A program made the position numbers and the translations under genes. This document shows positions 12,154 to 21,915 of a DNA stretch of 64,000 nt, piece by piece (position 1 is the first letter of the stretch; every line of letters begins with the position of its first letter). Origin of the DNA: Anaeromyxobacteraceae bacterium (GTDB lineage: Bacteria; Myxococcota; Myxococcia; Myxococcales; Anaeromyxobacteraceae); NCBI GenBank assembly GCA_047602405.1, contig JASGHJ010000001.1:1920001-1984000 (forward strand), written 5' to 3'. Below the pieces are notes generated by a model. The model was given only the letters and a program-made list of their open reading frames with translations. It did not search any database and was not told the DNA's origin.

Positions 12154-13121
12154 GGCCCGCTCTCCTTCTTCGGTGGCTTCGGCGCCCGCTTCGGCTTCGG
12201 CGGCGGCGCCGGCCGAACCGACCCGAGCGCCGCGTTCTTCTCGAGCTCCTCGACCGTGCGCGGCCAGTCCTCCTTGAGGAGGCGGGCGAGCGAGCGGTCG
12301 GAGAGGATCTGGCCGCCCGTCTGGCAGCGGGGGCAGTAGTCGACCTCGTTCTCGGCCCGCTGGATGCGCTGGATGGCGGTGCCGCACACCGGGCAGGCCT
12401 GCCGGAACTTGCCGTGCACGGCCATCTCCGGCCGGAAGGCGGTCACGCCCTCGGGGAACTCGCCGCCGGCCTCCGCGCGCAACAGGTCGCGCCAGCGCAC
12501 GAGCACCTCGCGCGTCTTGTCGTGGAGGCGGGCGACCTCCTCGTCGGTGAGCCGCGAGGTGAGCTTCACCGGCGAGAGCCGCGCCGCGTGCAGGATCTCG
12601 TCCGAGTAGGCGTTGCCGATGCCGGCGAGGAAGCGCTGATCGGTCATGGCGCGCTTCAGGGTGTGGTTCTCGCGGCGGAGCGCCTCGCCGAAGGCCTCCG
12701 CCGTCGCGCCGAGGGGGTCGATGCCGCCGCGCCCGAGCGCCGCCACCCCGGCCTCGCCGCGCACGAGGTGCAGCGCGGCCCGGCGCTTCGTGCCGGCCTC
12801 GGTGAGCGTGAGGGTCCCGCCCGGGAAGTCGAGCGCGAGCAGCCCCACCTTGCCGGGGAGCTTCGCGCCCGCCTCCTTCCAGTGCAGCCGCCCCGCCACC
12901 ATGAGGTGGAGCACGAGGAAGAGGTCGTCCTCGAGCGCGAAGACGAGCCGCTTCTCGGCGCGGCGCACCCCGAGGACCCGCTTCCCCGTCGCCGCCGCGA
13001 GGGGCGGGTCGGCGGAGCGCAGCAGGAACGGGCTCCCGAGCCGGGCCGCGACGAGGGGCTGCCCGCGGAGGCGCGCGTTCAGGGCCTCGACGTAGACCTC
13101 GATGTCGGGCAGCTCGGGCAT
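12150..13121 (-). CDS. Fpg/Nei family DNA glycosylase
   Basis: N-terminal MPELP, HLM.AGR, H2TH GIGNAYSDEIL and a CxxC...CxxC zinc finger. Confidence 0.93.
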   Translation of the reverse strand: MPELPDIEVYVEALNARLRGQPLVAARLGSPFLLRSADPPLAAATGKRVLGVRRAEKRLVFALEDDLFLVLHLMVAGRLHWKEAGAKLPGKVGLLALDFPGGTLTLTEAGTKRRAALHLVRGEAGVAALGRGGIDPLGATAEAFGEALRRENHTLKRAMTDQRFLAGIGNAYSDEILHAARLSPVKLTSRLTDEEVARLHDKTREVLVRWRDLLRAEAGGEFPEGVTAFRPEMAVHGKFRQACPVCGTAIQRIQRAENEVDYCPRCQTGGQILSDRSLARLLKEDWPRTVEELEKNAALGSVRPAPPPKPKRAPKPPKKESGP

Positions 13122-13194
13122 CCCAGGAGCCCGGAAGTTATCACGCGCGGACCGTGACGACGCCGTGACCTCCGCCGGGTATCATCCCGGTCCC

Positions 13195-13956
13195 GTGCAC
13201 GCCCTCCTGTACCCGATCGGTTACCCGCTCGTCGTCCTGCTCATCTTCCTCGGCCTCCCGGTCCAGGCGCTCCTGCTCGCCGTCACCGCGCCCTTCGACC
13301 CGAACCGCCGCATCGCGGGCCGGTTCCTCCGGTTCGTGGGCTGCGGCATCGCGGCGTGCTTCCCGCCGTGGCGGCTCAAGGTGAGGGGCGCGTGGCCCGC
13401 GGGCGGGCCGTTCGTGGTGGTGGCGAACCACCAGTCCATCCTCGACATCCTCCTCCTCAGCCACATGCCCCGCGAGATGAAGTGGGTGGCGAAGAAGTCG
13501 CTCTTCGACATCCCGTGGGTCGGCACGATGTTGCGGATGAGCGGCGACATCCCGGTGCTGCGCGGCGACGCCGAGAGCGGCGGCGAGGCGCTCAAGAAGG
13601 CGCGCGCCTATCTCGACCGCGGCATGAACGTGATGATCTTCCCCGAGGGCACGCGCTCGAAGACGGCGCAGCTCCTCCCCTTCAAGTCCGGCGCCTTCCG
13701 CCTCGCCATCGAGGCCGGCGTGCCGGTGCTGCCGGTGCCGGTGTTCGGCACCGCCCGCGGCATGCCGAAGGGTGGCCCGTGGGTGAACCCCTGCCGCGCC
13801 GTCGCGCGGATCCTCGAGCCCGTGCCGACCGCGGGCCTCACGACCGACGACACGAACAAGCTCCGCGACGAGGTCCGCGGCAGGATCGCCGCGGTGCTGC
13901 CCGAGCTCGAGCGCGAGACGCAGGGCGGGGGAGAGCCGGTCACCGCGCACCCGTGA
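13195..13956 (+). CDS. plsC: 1-acyl-sn-glycerol-3-phosphate acyltransferase (PlsC family)
   Basis: NHQSILD and FPEGTRS motifs. Confidence 0.9.
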   Translation: MHALLYPIGYPLVVLLIFLGLPVQALLLAVTAPFDPNRRIAGRFLRFVGCGIAACFPPWRLKVRGAWPAGGPFVVVANHQSILDILLLSHMPREMKWVAKKSLFDIPWVGTMLRMSGDIPVLRGDAESGGEALKKARAYLDRGMNVMIFPEGTRSKTAQLLPFKSGAFRLAIEAGVPVLPVPVFGTARGMPKGGPWVNPCRAVARILEPVPTAGLTTDDTNKLRDEVRGRIAAVLPELERETQGGGEPVTAHP

Positions 13957-13961
13957 GGTCC

Positions 13962-14480
13962 ATGTCCCGCCTCGTCGCGCTCACGCTCGCCTTCTCGCTC
14001 TCCCTCCCGGCCTCGGCGGCGGCGGGCCCCGCAGAGCCGCCCCGCCCGTCCCGCCGCGTCTCCACGCCCGAGGACCTCGCCGCCATCCGCGAGGTGCTCG
14101 ACGGCTTCATGGCCGCCATCCGCACGAAGGACGGGAAGGCCCTCTCCGCGCTCGTGCTCAACGACCGGATCCTCTTCAACTCGCCCGGCGACCAGGCGCG
14201 GGTCGACGCCATCCGCCAGCACGACACGCACTTCGACGGCCTCGGGGCGCCCGGCTTCCGCGAGTTCGCCGAGTTCGTCGCGAGCGCGAAGGCGCCGATC
14301 GAGGAGCGCTTCTCGAACGTGCAGATCACCCAGGACGCCCACCTCGCCTGGGCGCTCTTCGACTACGAGTTCCTCGAGGGCGGGAAGGTCCAGAACTTCG
14401 GCGTCGAGGCCTGGCAGCTGCGCAAGACCGACGGCAAGTGGAAGATCTTCAGCGTCGTCTGGTCGCAGCACGCGCCGTGA
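13962..14480 (+). CDS. NTF2-like secreted protein
   Basis: Signal peptide; AWALFDYEF...L.KTDGKWKI.SVVW pattern. Confidence 0.8.
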   Translation: MSRLVALTLAFSLSLPASAAAGPAEPPRPSRRVSTPEDLAAIREVLDGFMAAIRTKDGKALSALVLNDRILFNSPGDQARVDAIRQHDTHFDGLGAPGFREFAEFVASAKAPIEERFSNVQITQDAHLAWALFDYEFLEGGKVQNFGVEAWQLRKTDGKWKIFSVVWSQHAP

Positions 14481-14594
14481 GTGGCGGCGTGGCAATTCCT
14501 TCGGTTCGTGAACGATGTCCGGACAGTCCGGACATGGTTCGGCGGGCGAACGATGCTCCGGCTCGCGAATGTCGGGCCGGGCTATGATCCCCCC

Positions 14595-14981
14595 GTGCTC
14601 CCCGAGGAGTTCGCCCGCTTCAAGGACTACTGGCGGAAGGTCTCCCGCGGCCGCGGCTTCACGGTCGAGGCCGTGGCGCGCGAGCCGCGGGACGCCGCCA
14701 TCCCGCGCGTCGAGGCCGCGGTGCAGGCCCAGCGCGGCTTCGTGCTCGACTTCAAGCTGTTCAGCGACCTCTCGCTCGCGATGATCGTCGAGCTGGACGG
14801 CCCGGGTGTCGCGGCGCTCGTCGACGCGCTCCGCGCGCTCGGATGGCCGGCGGACGTCTCGCCGCCGCGCGACGAGCTCGCGGCGCTGCCGGCAGGCGCG
14901 ACGGTGGAGGGCACCGTGCAGGTCACCTTCCCGGAGGGGAAGGGCGAGCACGTCATCCCGACGCCGGCGGTGCCGGGGTGA
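14595..14981 (+). CDS. hypothetical protein
   Basis: High-GC3 ORF ending in PAVPG; GTG start inferred. Confidence 0.65.
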   Translation: MLPEEFARFKDYWRKVSRGRGFTVEAVAREPRDAAIPRVEAAVQAQRGFVLDFKLFSDLSLAMIVELDGPGVAALVDALRALGWPADVSPPRDELAALPAGATVEGTVQVTFPEGKGEHVIPTPAVPG

Positions 14982-15013
14982 TCATCGGTAGACGGGTGCG
15001 CGACGAGGCGACC

Positions 15014-15466
15014 GTGACGAGCCGCCGACACCCGCCCCTGTTCACGTTGGCAGCGCTCGGGATGGTCGCGTGCCTGGGCTGTTCACGCCCTGGCTATCGG
15101 GTGCTCCTCCCGGTGAACTACGTGGGCTGGGTGGTGCTGAAGTGCGGCGTGCCGGGAGCTGGGACACTGCCTGAGGAGGACGGTTATGCCGTCCTGGACG
15201 TACCACCGGGCGGGGTCGTGGCGACCGAGCAGCGGTGTCGCGTCGGCGGATCGCGGGTGGTGACCTTCTGGAAGAGCGCGGACGGTCCGAGGAGCGCGCC
15301 CGACGCGCGGTCGAACTTCGTGACGGCGGGGCGGGACTACGACGATCGCCTGGGCAACGTGACCTACTTCTTCTTCTACGGCTCGGACGCGGCTTACGCC
15401 GAGTGTGGCCGCGAGCGCGACGCCGCAGGCCTCCCTCGGGCCGGGCGCTGCGCCATGTCGAGGTAG
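15014..15466 (+). CDS. putative lipoprotein, DUF6843-like
   Basis: LGC lipobox; LLP..YVGWV...G...L.E.DG...VP..G pattern; visibly lower GC than its neighbours. Confidence 0.55.
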   Translation: MTSRRHPPLFTLAALGMVACLGCSRPGYRVLLPVNYVGWVVLKCGVPGAGTLPEEDGYAVLDVPPGGVVATEQRCRVGGSRVVTFWKSADGPRSAPDARSNFVTAGRDYDDRLGNVTYFFFYGSDAAYAECGRERDAAGLPRAGRCAMSR

Positions 15467-15497
15467 CGCGGGGCGCCCCGGGCATGCACCGCGCGCC

Positions 15498-16289
15498 TCA
15501 ACTCCTCAACCGCCTCGCGAGCTCCCGCGTCGCGAGCCCGAGGTCGAGGTCCGCGACGAGCAGCCCCGCCTCGCCGTACGGCTGCCACGCGAGCAGCGTC
15601 CCGTCGGGCTTCACGATCGCGGAGGTCGTCGGCGAGCCCGCGCCGGCGAAGTTCACGCTCGCGATCCAGACGGTGTTCTCGGCCGCCCGGCAGAACAGCG
15701 CCTTCTCGTGGAAGCTGTTCGCCTCGTCGGCGAACCGCGCCGGGCGGTAGGAACCGGGCTCCGCCTCGCCGAAGTGCGGGTGGAGCACGAGCTGGGCGCC
15801 GCGCACGGCGGCCCAGCGCACCGTCTCCGGATACCGCCAGCCCTCGTGGCAGATCGCGACGCCGAAGGTGACCTCGCCCACCGTGAACACGTGGCGCTCG
15901 GTGCCGGGCGTGAACTGGCCGTCCTCGCTGGGGTCGAGCTGGACCTTGTCCTGCCAGCCGACGATCGCGCCGTCGGCGTCGGTCACCCGCGTCGTGATCC
16001 GGAGCGCGCCGTCCACGAGCCGCTCCGTGCCGAGCACGACGGCGACCCTGGCCTTCGCCGCGGCGCGGTCGACGGCGGCCCAGGCGCGGCCGAGGAACTC
16101 AGGGTCCGGCGGCGGGAGGGCGCGCGCCGGCGTCCGGTAGCCGGGGACGTAGCTCTCCGGGAAGCAGATGACCCCGGCGCCGCGGTGGCCGGCCTCCAGG
16201 ATCGCCGCCTCGGCACGCTCGACGGACTCCGCGGGCGAGGCCGGGAAGGGGAGGTTGGCGAGGGCGAGGCGGAGCGTCGGGGCGGGCAT
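15498..16289 (-). CDS. carbon-nitrogen hydrolase (nitrilase superfamily)
   Basis: Catalytic E (FPE), K (DKVQL) and C (ICHE). Confidence 0.9.
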   Translation of the reverse strand: MPAPTLRLALANLPFPASPAESVERAEAAILEAGHRGAGVICFPESYVPGYRTPARALPPPDPEFLGRAWAAVDRAAAKARVAVVLGTERLVDGALRITTRVTDADGAIVGWQDKVQLDPSEDGQFTPGTERHVFTVGEVTFGVAICHEGWRYPETVRWAAVRGAQLVLHPHFGEAEPGSYRPARFADEANSFHEKALFCRAAENTVWIASVNFAGAGSPTTSAIVKPDGTLLAWQPYGEAGLLVADLDLGLATRELARRLRS

Positions 16290-16299
16290 GCCCGGAAGG

Positions 16300-17623
16300 C
16301 TACCGCGCCGGCGCGGGCGGCGTCTCCAGGTCGGGCGGCGCGGCGCCCGACCTCGCGCGCAGCCGCGCCTCCGCGCTCGTCTCGAGGATGAGCCGCGCCC
16401 CGCGCCCGAAGGTCAGGTAGTGCCAGGCCCAGGTGAGGATCACGGCGATGCGGTTCCGGTAGCCGATGAGGAACCAGACGTGGACGAAGAGCCAGGCGAA
16501 CCAGGCGAGGAGGCCCGTCAGCCGCAGGCCGGCGAACTCGGCGACGGCGTGCGCGCGCCCGACGGTCGCGAGGTTGCCCTTGTCGAAGTAGGCGAACGCC
16601 GTCGTGGACTGCCCCTGGACCTGGTTCCAGATGTTGCGCGCGGCGTGGCGTCCCAGTCTGCAGCGCGGCGGGCGCCACGCCGGGGACCGGGCGGCCGTCC
16701 TTGCGCTTCACGGCGGTGAGGTCGCCCACCACCTGGATCTCCGGATGGCCGGGGACGGTGAGGTCGGGCTCCACCAGCACGCGGCCGGCGCGGTCGAGCG
16801 GGACCCCGAGCCCCCGCGCGAGCGGCGACGCCTGCACGCCGGCGGCCCAGAGCACCGTGCGCGCCTCGTAGCGCGTCTCCCCCACCGAGACGCCCCGCGG
16901 GTCGATGCCGGTCACGAGGGCGCCGGTGTGCACCTCCACGCCGAGCTCCACGAGCGAGCGGCGCGCGGCCTCCGAGCTCCTCGGGTCGAACGCGCCCAGC
17001 AGGCGGTCCGCGCCCTCGAGGAGGATGACCCGGGCGTCCGCGCTCGCGATGGCGCGGAAGTCGCGCGCGAGCGTGTACCGCGAGATCTCGGCGAGCGAGC
17101 CGGCGAGCTCGACGCCGGTGGGGCCGCCGCCGACCACCACGAACGAGAGCAGCGCGGCGCGGCGGGCGGGGTCCTGCTCGCGCTCGGCGCGCTCGAAGGC
17201 GGTGAGCACGCGGCGGCGGATCTCGACGGCGTCCTCGACGGACTTCAGGCCGGGCGCGAGCGGCGCCCACTCGTCGCGGCCGAAGTAGGAGTGCGTGGCG
17301 CCGGCGGCGACGATGAGGTGGTCGTAGGAGAGGGTGTAGCCGTCGGTGAGCCGGATGCGCCGGGCGGCGGGCTCGACCGCCTCGACGTCGGCGAGCACGG
17401 TGCGGGCGTTCGGCTGGCCCGCGAGCACGTGGCGGATCGGCGCCGCGATGTCGGACGGGTTCAGCGCGGCGGAGGCCACCTGGTAGAGCAGCGGCTGGAA
17501 GAGGTGGTGGTTCTTGCGGTCGACGAGGATCACGTCGACGGGGGCGTTGCGCAGGTTGCGGGCGGCCTCGAGGCCGCCGAACCCGCCGCCGATGATGACG
17601 ACGACCGGGCGCTTGGCGTTCAT
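16300..17623 (-). CDS. ndh: type II NADH:quinone oxidoreductase, +1 frameshift near 16652
   Basis: GGGFGG, HLFQPLLYQVA and GGGPTGVELAG motifs; removing one base restores GRHAARNI...YFDKGNLATVGR...AWLFVH up to the TAG at 16300. Confidence 0.9.
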
Positions 17624-17763
17624 GGTCAGCCCATCTCTGTCGGCATCGCCGCGTCGCGTCAACGCCCGGGAGCGACAAAGGAGGCGGTGACGGACGTGTG
17701 CGGGCGGGTTAGATGACGCCTGGACGAAAGCGGGCAACCGCTGGACACCCGTCCGGGTACAAC

Positions 17764-18663
17764 ATGGCGCTCCGCTACCCCATCCGCGCGGTCTCGAAGC
17801 TCACGGGCATCTCCGTCGACACGCTGCGTGCGTGGGAGCGGCGCTACGGCGTCGTGGAGCCCGAGCGCGACGAGCGGGGCCGGCTCTACTCCGAGGCGGA
17901 CGTCGAGCGCCTGAAGCTGCTCCGGAGCGCGGTGCAGGCCGGCCACGCCATCGGGCGCGTCGCCGGGCTGCCCGTCGCCGAGGTGCGGGCGCTGCTCGCG
18001 CGCGGCGTCGAGCGCGTCGAGCCGCCGGCGGCGGCCGCGCCGGTGGACCTCTCGGCGCTCCAGAAGGCGGTCGAGTCGTTCGACGGCGCCGCGTTCCGGC
18101 GGGAGCTCTCGCGGCTCGCGGCGGTGCTGCCCGCGCGCGCGTTCGCGCGCGAGGTGGCGCTGCCCTTCATGCACCTCGTCGGCGAGGCGTGGCACGAGGG
18201 CAAGCTCACCATCGCGCAGGAGCACATGGTCTCGGCCGAGCTGCGCAGCCTCCTCGGCGCGCTCGCGCGGCTGCACCCCATCCCGGAGTCGGCGCCGCGC
18301 CTCGTGCTCGCGACGCCGGAGGGCGACCTGCACGAGCTCGGCACGCTCGCCGCCGCGCTCGTCGCCTCGGCGGCGGGGCTCGGCGCGGTCTACCTCGGGC
18401 CGGGGCTGCCCGCCGAGGAGATCGTCGGCGCCGCGCGGCGCACCGGCGCGCGCGCGGTGGTGCTCGGGCTCTCCGGCGGCGGCGCCGCGCCGGCCTCCGA
18501 GGCCGTGGCCGGCGCGGTCGCGCGCGAGCTGCCGGAGGGCGTGGAGCTGTGGCTCGGCGGCCCGGCCGCGCACGCCGCCGCGATGGCCGCGGGGCCGCGG
18601 GCGGTGGCGCTGCCGGACTTCGAGGCGTTCGAGAAGGCGGCCGCGCGGCTCAGGGCGGGCTGA
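17764..18663 (+). CDS. MerR-family regulator with cobalamin-binding domain (CarH/LitR-like)
   Basis: TLRAWERRYG HTH; W-x9-EH (WHEGKLTIAQEH); DLHELG and YLGP B12-binding motifs. Confidence 0.9.
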   Translation: MALRYPIRAVSKLTGISVDTLRAWERRYGVVEPERDERGRLYSEADVERLKLLRSAVQAGHAIGRVAGLPVAEVRALLARGVERVEPPAAAAPVDLSALQKAVESFDGAAFRRELSRLAAVLPARAFAREVALPFMHLVGEAWHEGKLTIAQEHMVSAELRSLLGALARLHPIPESAPRLVLATPEGDLHELGTLAAALVASAAGLGAVYLGPGLPAEEIVGAARRTGARAVVLGLSGGGAAPASEAVAGAVARELPEGVELWLGGPAAHAAAMAAGPRAVALPDFEAFEKAAARLRAG

Positions 18664-18722
18664 GGCCGTCCCTCGTCTCCGCTGCGGCTGCGCCGCACGT
18701 GAACCTTGCTGCCAGGGAGGGG

Positions 18723-18769
18723 CCCCGCGGAGCTTTGCTCCGCGGGGAGGGGGGCGCCGAGCCCCCCTC
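18723..18769. terminator. tandem GC-rich hairpins between convergent genes
   Basis: CCCCGCGGAGC-TTT-GCTCCGCGGGG followed by GAGGGGGGC-n5-GCCCCCCTC. Confidence 0.55.
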
Positions 18770-18774
18770 GAAAC

Positions 18775-19542
18775 TCAGTGCTTCGACCCGTCCGCGTGCG
18801 TGTGCTCCTCGGGCTGGTGCGAGTGGCCCGGCTGGCCGAGCGCGTTCCGGTGCTTCAGCGGACCGCGGAGGTCGGCGAGCCAGCCGACCCACTGGTCCAT
18901 GCCGGCGCCGGTGCGGGCCGAGACCTCGATGACGCGCGGCTTCGGCATCACGCGGGCGAGCGCGTCGTGCACGGCCTTCATGTTCACGTCGAGGTGCGGG
19001 ACGAGATCGCACTTCGTGAGGAGCACCAGGTCCGCGGCCTTGAACATCACCGGGTACTTGAGCGGCTTGTCCTCGCCCTCGGTCACCGAGAGGACGACGA
19101 CGTTCGCGCGCTGGCCGAGGTCGTAGATCGCCGGGCAGACGAGGTTGCCGACGTTCTCGATGAAGAACACGTCGAGCTCGCGCCAGGGGAAGTCGTGCAC
19201 CGAGCGGTGGACGAGCTCGGCGTCGAGGTGGCACGCCTGGCCGGTCGTGATGGCGCGCGACGGGATGCCGGCCTTCTCGAGGCGGCGGGCGTCGTTGTCG
19301 GTGGCGAGGTCGGCCGAGACCGCGCCGAGCTTCCAGCCCTTCGACGCGGCGGCCTTCGCGGTCGCCTCGAGCACGGCGGTCTTGCCGGCGCCCGGGGAGC
19401 CCATGAGGTTGAGGGCGAGGACGCCCGCCTCCTCGAAGTGCTCGCGGTTGTGCCGGGCGGTGCGGTCGTTGCCGGCGAGGATCTTCTCGTGCAGCTCCAC
19501 CGGGACGAGCTCGGAGTCGCCACAGCCACAGGTCGTGCACAT
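18775..19542 (-). CDS. hypB: hydrogenase nickel incorporation GTPase HypB
   Basis: MCTTCGC, GSPGAGKT, CHLDA, ENVGNLVCP and EGEDKPLKYP motifs. Confidence 0.97.
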   Translation of the reverse strand: MCTTCGCGDSELVPVELHEKILAGNDRTARHNREHFEEAGVLALNLMGSPGAGKTAVLEATAKAAASKGWKLGAVSADLATDNDARRLEKAGIPSRAITTGQACHLDAELVHRSVHDFPWRELDVFFIENVGNLVCPAIYDLGQRANVVVLSVTEGEDKPLKYPVMFKAADLVLLTKCDLVPHLDVNMKAVHDALARVMPKPRVIEVSARTGAGMDQWVGWLADLRGPLKHRNALGQPGHSHQPEEHTHADGSKH

Positions 19543-19544
19543 TT

Positions 19545-19889
19545 CTACGGTACCTCCATCTCGATGCCGTCCAGCATGAGCGCGTCGCCGCCTTCGTCCA
19601 GCTTGGCGGGCCGGTCGCAGTCCGGGCAGCGCAGGATCGCCCCGCGCGCCATGGGCTTCTGGCAACCCGGGCAGGACCAGGTCGCCTCGATCTTCTTCAG
19701 GGTGAGGGTCGCCTCCGCGCACATCGTGCCCGCGCGGAAGGTGTCGTAGGCGGTCTGGAAGAGCTCGGGGTCGACGCCCGCCATCGATCCCACGCGCACG
19801 TGGAGCGACACGATCCGCGTCGCCTGCCGCTTCCGGGCTTCCTCCTCCACGCGGGAGACGAGGGCCTCGACGAGAGAGTATTCGTGCAT
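19545..19889 (-). CDS. hypA: hydrogenase nickel metallochaperone HypA
   Basis: MHE N-terminus and two CxxC motifs. Confidence 0.95.
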   Translation of the reverse strand: MHEYSLVEALVSRVEEEARKRQATRIVSLHVRVGSMAGVDPELFQTAYDTFRAGTMCAEATLTLKKIEATWSCPGCQKPMARGAILRCPDCDRPAKLDEGGDALMLDGIEMEVP

Positions 19890-19920
19890 GCGGTTTGACT
19901 GGACCGGCCCTGGGGGCCGG

Positions 19921-21057
19921 TCAAGCCACATCCTTCAGGTCGGGGACGCCCCCGTAGGTGTGCCAGATCCGGCAGGTCCCTTCCATCGAGACCATGCAGG
20001 CGCCCACGGGGTTCTCCGGGTTGCAGCCCTTCTGGAAGAGCGTGCAGTCGGAGGGGTTCTTGAGGCCCGCCATGATGTCGCCGCAGATGCACTGCGAGGC
20101 GAGCTCGTTCGGCGCGTGGTCCCAGAGCTCGTGCACGCGGATCTCGAACCGCTTTCGCGCGTCGACGTGCGCGAACTCGTCGGTGAGCCGGAGGTTGCCG
20201 TTCGGGATGTGCGCGATGCCGCGCCAGCGGCCGCCGTGGAGCCGGAACACCTTCCAGAGCTTCTCCTGCGCGGCGGCGTTGCCCGCGGCGGAGACGCAGC
20301 GCGGGTAGAGGTTCTCGACCGCCGGCCGCTTCTCCTTCACGAGCTCGACGAGCTTCACGAGCGCCCCGAGCACGTCGAGCGGCTCGAAGCCGGCCACGAC
20401 CACCGGCAGCTTGTGGCGCGCGACGAAGGGGAGGAACACGTCGGCGCCGGTGATGGAGGCGGCGTGCCCGGCGGCGAGGAAGCCCTCGACCTTGTTCTCG
20501 GGCATCTCCGCGACGATCTCCATCGCGGGCGGGATGTACTTGTGGGCCGACAGCACCGAGAAGTTCTTCGGCACGCCCGCGAGCACGGCGGCGGCGGTGG
20601 CGACCGCGGTGGTCTCGAAGCCGGAGGCGAAGAACACCACCTCCTCGTCCGGGTGCTTCTCGGCGATCTCGACCGCCTGCAGCACCGAGTAGACGCTGTC
20701 GACCTTGCCGCCCTCGCCGACCGCGTCGGCGAGCGAGCGGGACGAGCCCGGCACGCGCAGCATGTCGCCGTAGGTCGTGATGCGGACGCCCTGGCGCGCG
20801 AGCCAGACCGCCTCGTCGATCTCCGGGCAGTCGGTCACGCAGACCGGGCAGCCCGGGCCCATGATCACCTGCAGCTGCCGCGGGAACGCGGCGCGCAGGC
20901 CGAAGCGGGCGATCGCCTGCTCGTGGCTCCCGCAGACGTGCATCACCGAGACCGGCCGGCCGATGTCGTCGACGAGGCGCTGAAGGGTCTCGGCGAGCTT
21001 CTTCGCGCGGACCGGATCGCGGAACTTCAGCTCCTTCGTGACGTCGGCGGGGGCCAT
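19921..21057 (-). CDS. hypD: hydrogenase maturation protein HypD (distal copy)
   Basis: CGSHE, GPGCPVC, GFETT and GACMVS.EGTC motifs. Confidence 0.96.
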   Translation of the reverse strand: MAPADVTKELKFRDPVRAKKLAETLQRLVDDIGRPVSVMHVCGSHEQAIARFGLRAAFPRQLQVIMGPGCPVCVTDCPEIDEAVWLARQGVRITTYGDMLRVPGSSRSLADAVGEGGKVDSVYSVLQAVEIAEKHPDEEVVFFASGFETTAVATAAAVLAGVPKNFSVLSAHKYIPPAMEIVAEMPENKVEGFLAAGHAASITGADVFLPFVARHKLPVVVAGFEPLDVLGALVKLVELVKEKRPAVENLYPRCVSAAGNAAAQEKLWKVFRLHGGRWRGIAHIPNGNLRLTDEFAHVDARKRFEIRVHELWDHAPNELASQCICGDIMAGLKNPSDCTLFQKGCNPENPVGACMVSMEGTCRIWHTYGGVPDLKDVA

Positions 21058-21060
21058 GGT

Positions 21061-21915
21061 TCACCTTCCCTGGAAGCGCGGGGGACGCTTCCCGAAGAAC
21101 GCCTCGACCCCCTCCGCGAAGTCCGCCTGGTCGGCGGAGCGCGCGAGGTGCTCGAGCTCGACGTCGAGGTGGTGATCCAGCCGGTCGGCCTGGGCGCCCT
21201 GGGTGAGGAGCGCCTTCGTCATCGCGAAGGTGCCGCTCGGACCCTCGGCGAGCCGCCGGGCGAGCGCGGCCACGCGTCCGTCGAACTCGGCGACCGGGTA
21301 GACCTCGTTCACGAGCCCCCACTCGAGCGCGGTGCGCGCGTCGAGGCGCGGGTTGAGGAGCGCCATGCCCATCGCGCGCCGCAGGCCGACGAGCTTCGGC
21401 AGGAAGAACGTGGAGGACTCGGCGCCCGAGAGCGCAGTCTTCGCGTAGGCCCACTCGAACGCGGAGCGCTCGGAGGCGACCACGAGGTCGCAGCACATGG
21501 CGAGCCCGAGCCCGCCCGCCGCGGCGACGCCGTCCACCGCGGCCACCCACGGCTTCCCGGAGCGGCGGATCTCCGAGATGGTCGAGTGGAGGTACTCGAG
21601 GATCTGCTTGAAGACCGCGCCGAAGCCCTTCGGCGCGGGGCGCTGTCCGGGGGCGAGGTAGCCGAGGTCCTCCTGGGCGCCGCCCGCCTTGATGTACTTG
21701 AGGTCGGCGCCGGAGCAGAACGCCTTCCCGCCCGTGCCGCGCAGCACGACCGCCCGCACCGAGGGGTCGCGCGCGAGCTTGAGCCCCGCGGCCCTCAGGT
21801 CCCGCGCCATCGTCACGTCGAGCGCGTTGAAGCGGTCCGGGCGGTCCATCAGCAGGAACGCCGCGGCGCCGTCGCGCTCGATGCGGATGAAGCTCTGGGC
21901 GGGCGCGTCGGCCAT
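21061..21915 (-). CDS. crotonase/enoyl-CoA hydratase-isomerase family protein inside the hyp operon
   Basis: RPDRFNAL, AFCSGADL and AAVDGVAAAGG motifs; ATG overlaps the hypE stop (TGATG). Confidence 0.9.
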   Translation of the reverse strand: MADAPAQSFIRIERDGAAAFLLMDRPDRFNALDVTMARDLRAAGLKLARDPSVRAVVLRGTGGKAFCSGADLKYIKAGGAQEDLGYLAPGQRPAPKGFGAVFKQILEYLHSTISEIRRSGKPWVAAVDGVAAAGGLGLAMCCDLVVASERSAFEWAYAKTALSGAESSTFFLPKLVGLRRAMGMALLNPRLDARTALEWGLVNEVYPVAEFDGRVAALARRLAEGPSGTFAMTKALLTQGAQADRLDHHLDVELEHLARSADQADFAEGVEAFFGKRPPRFQGR

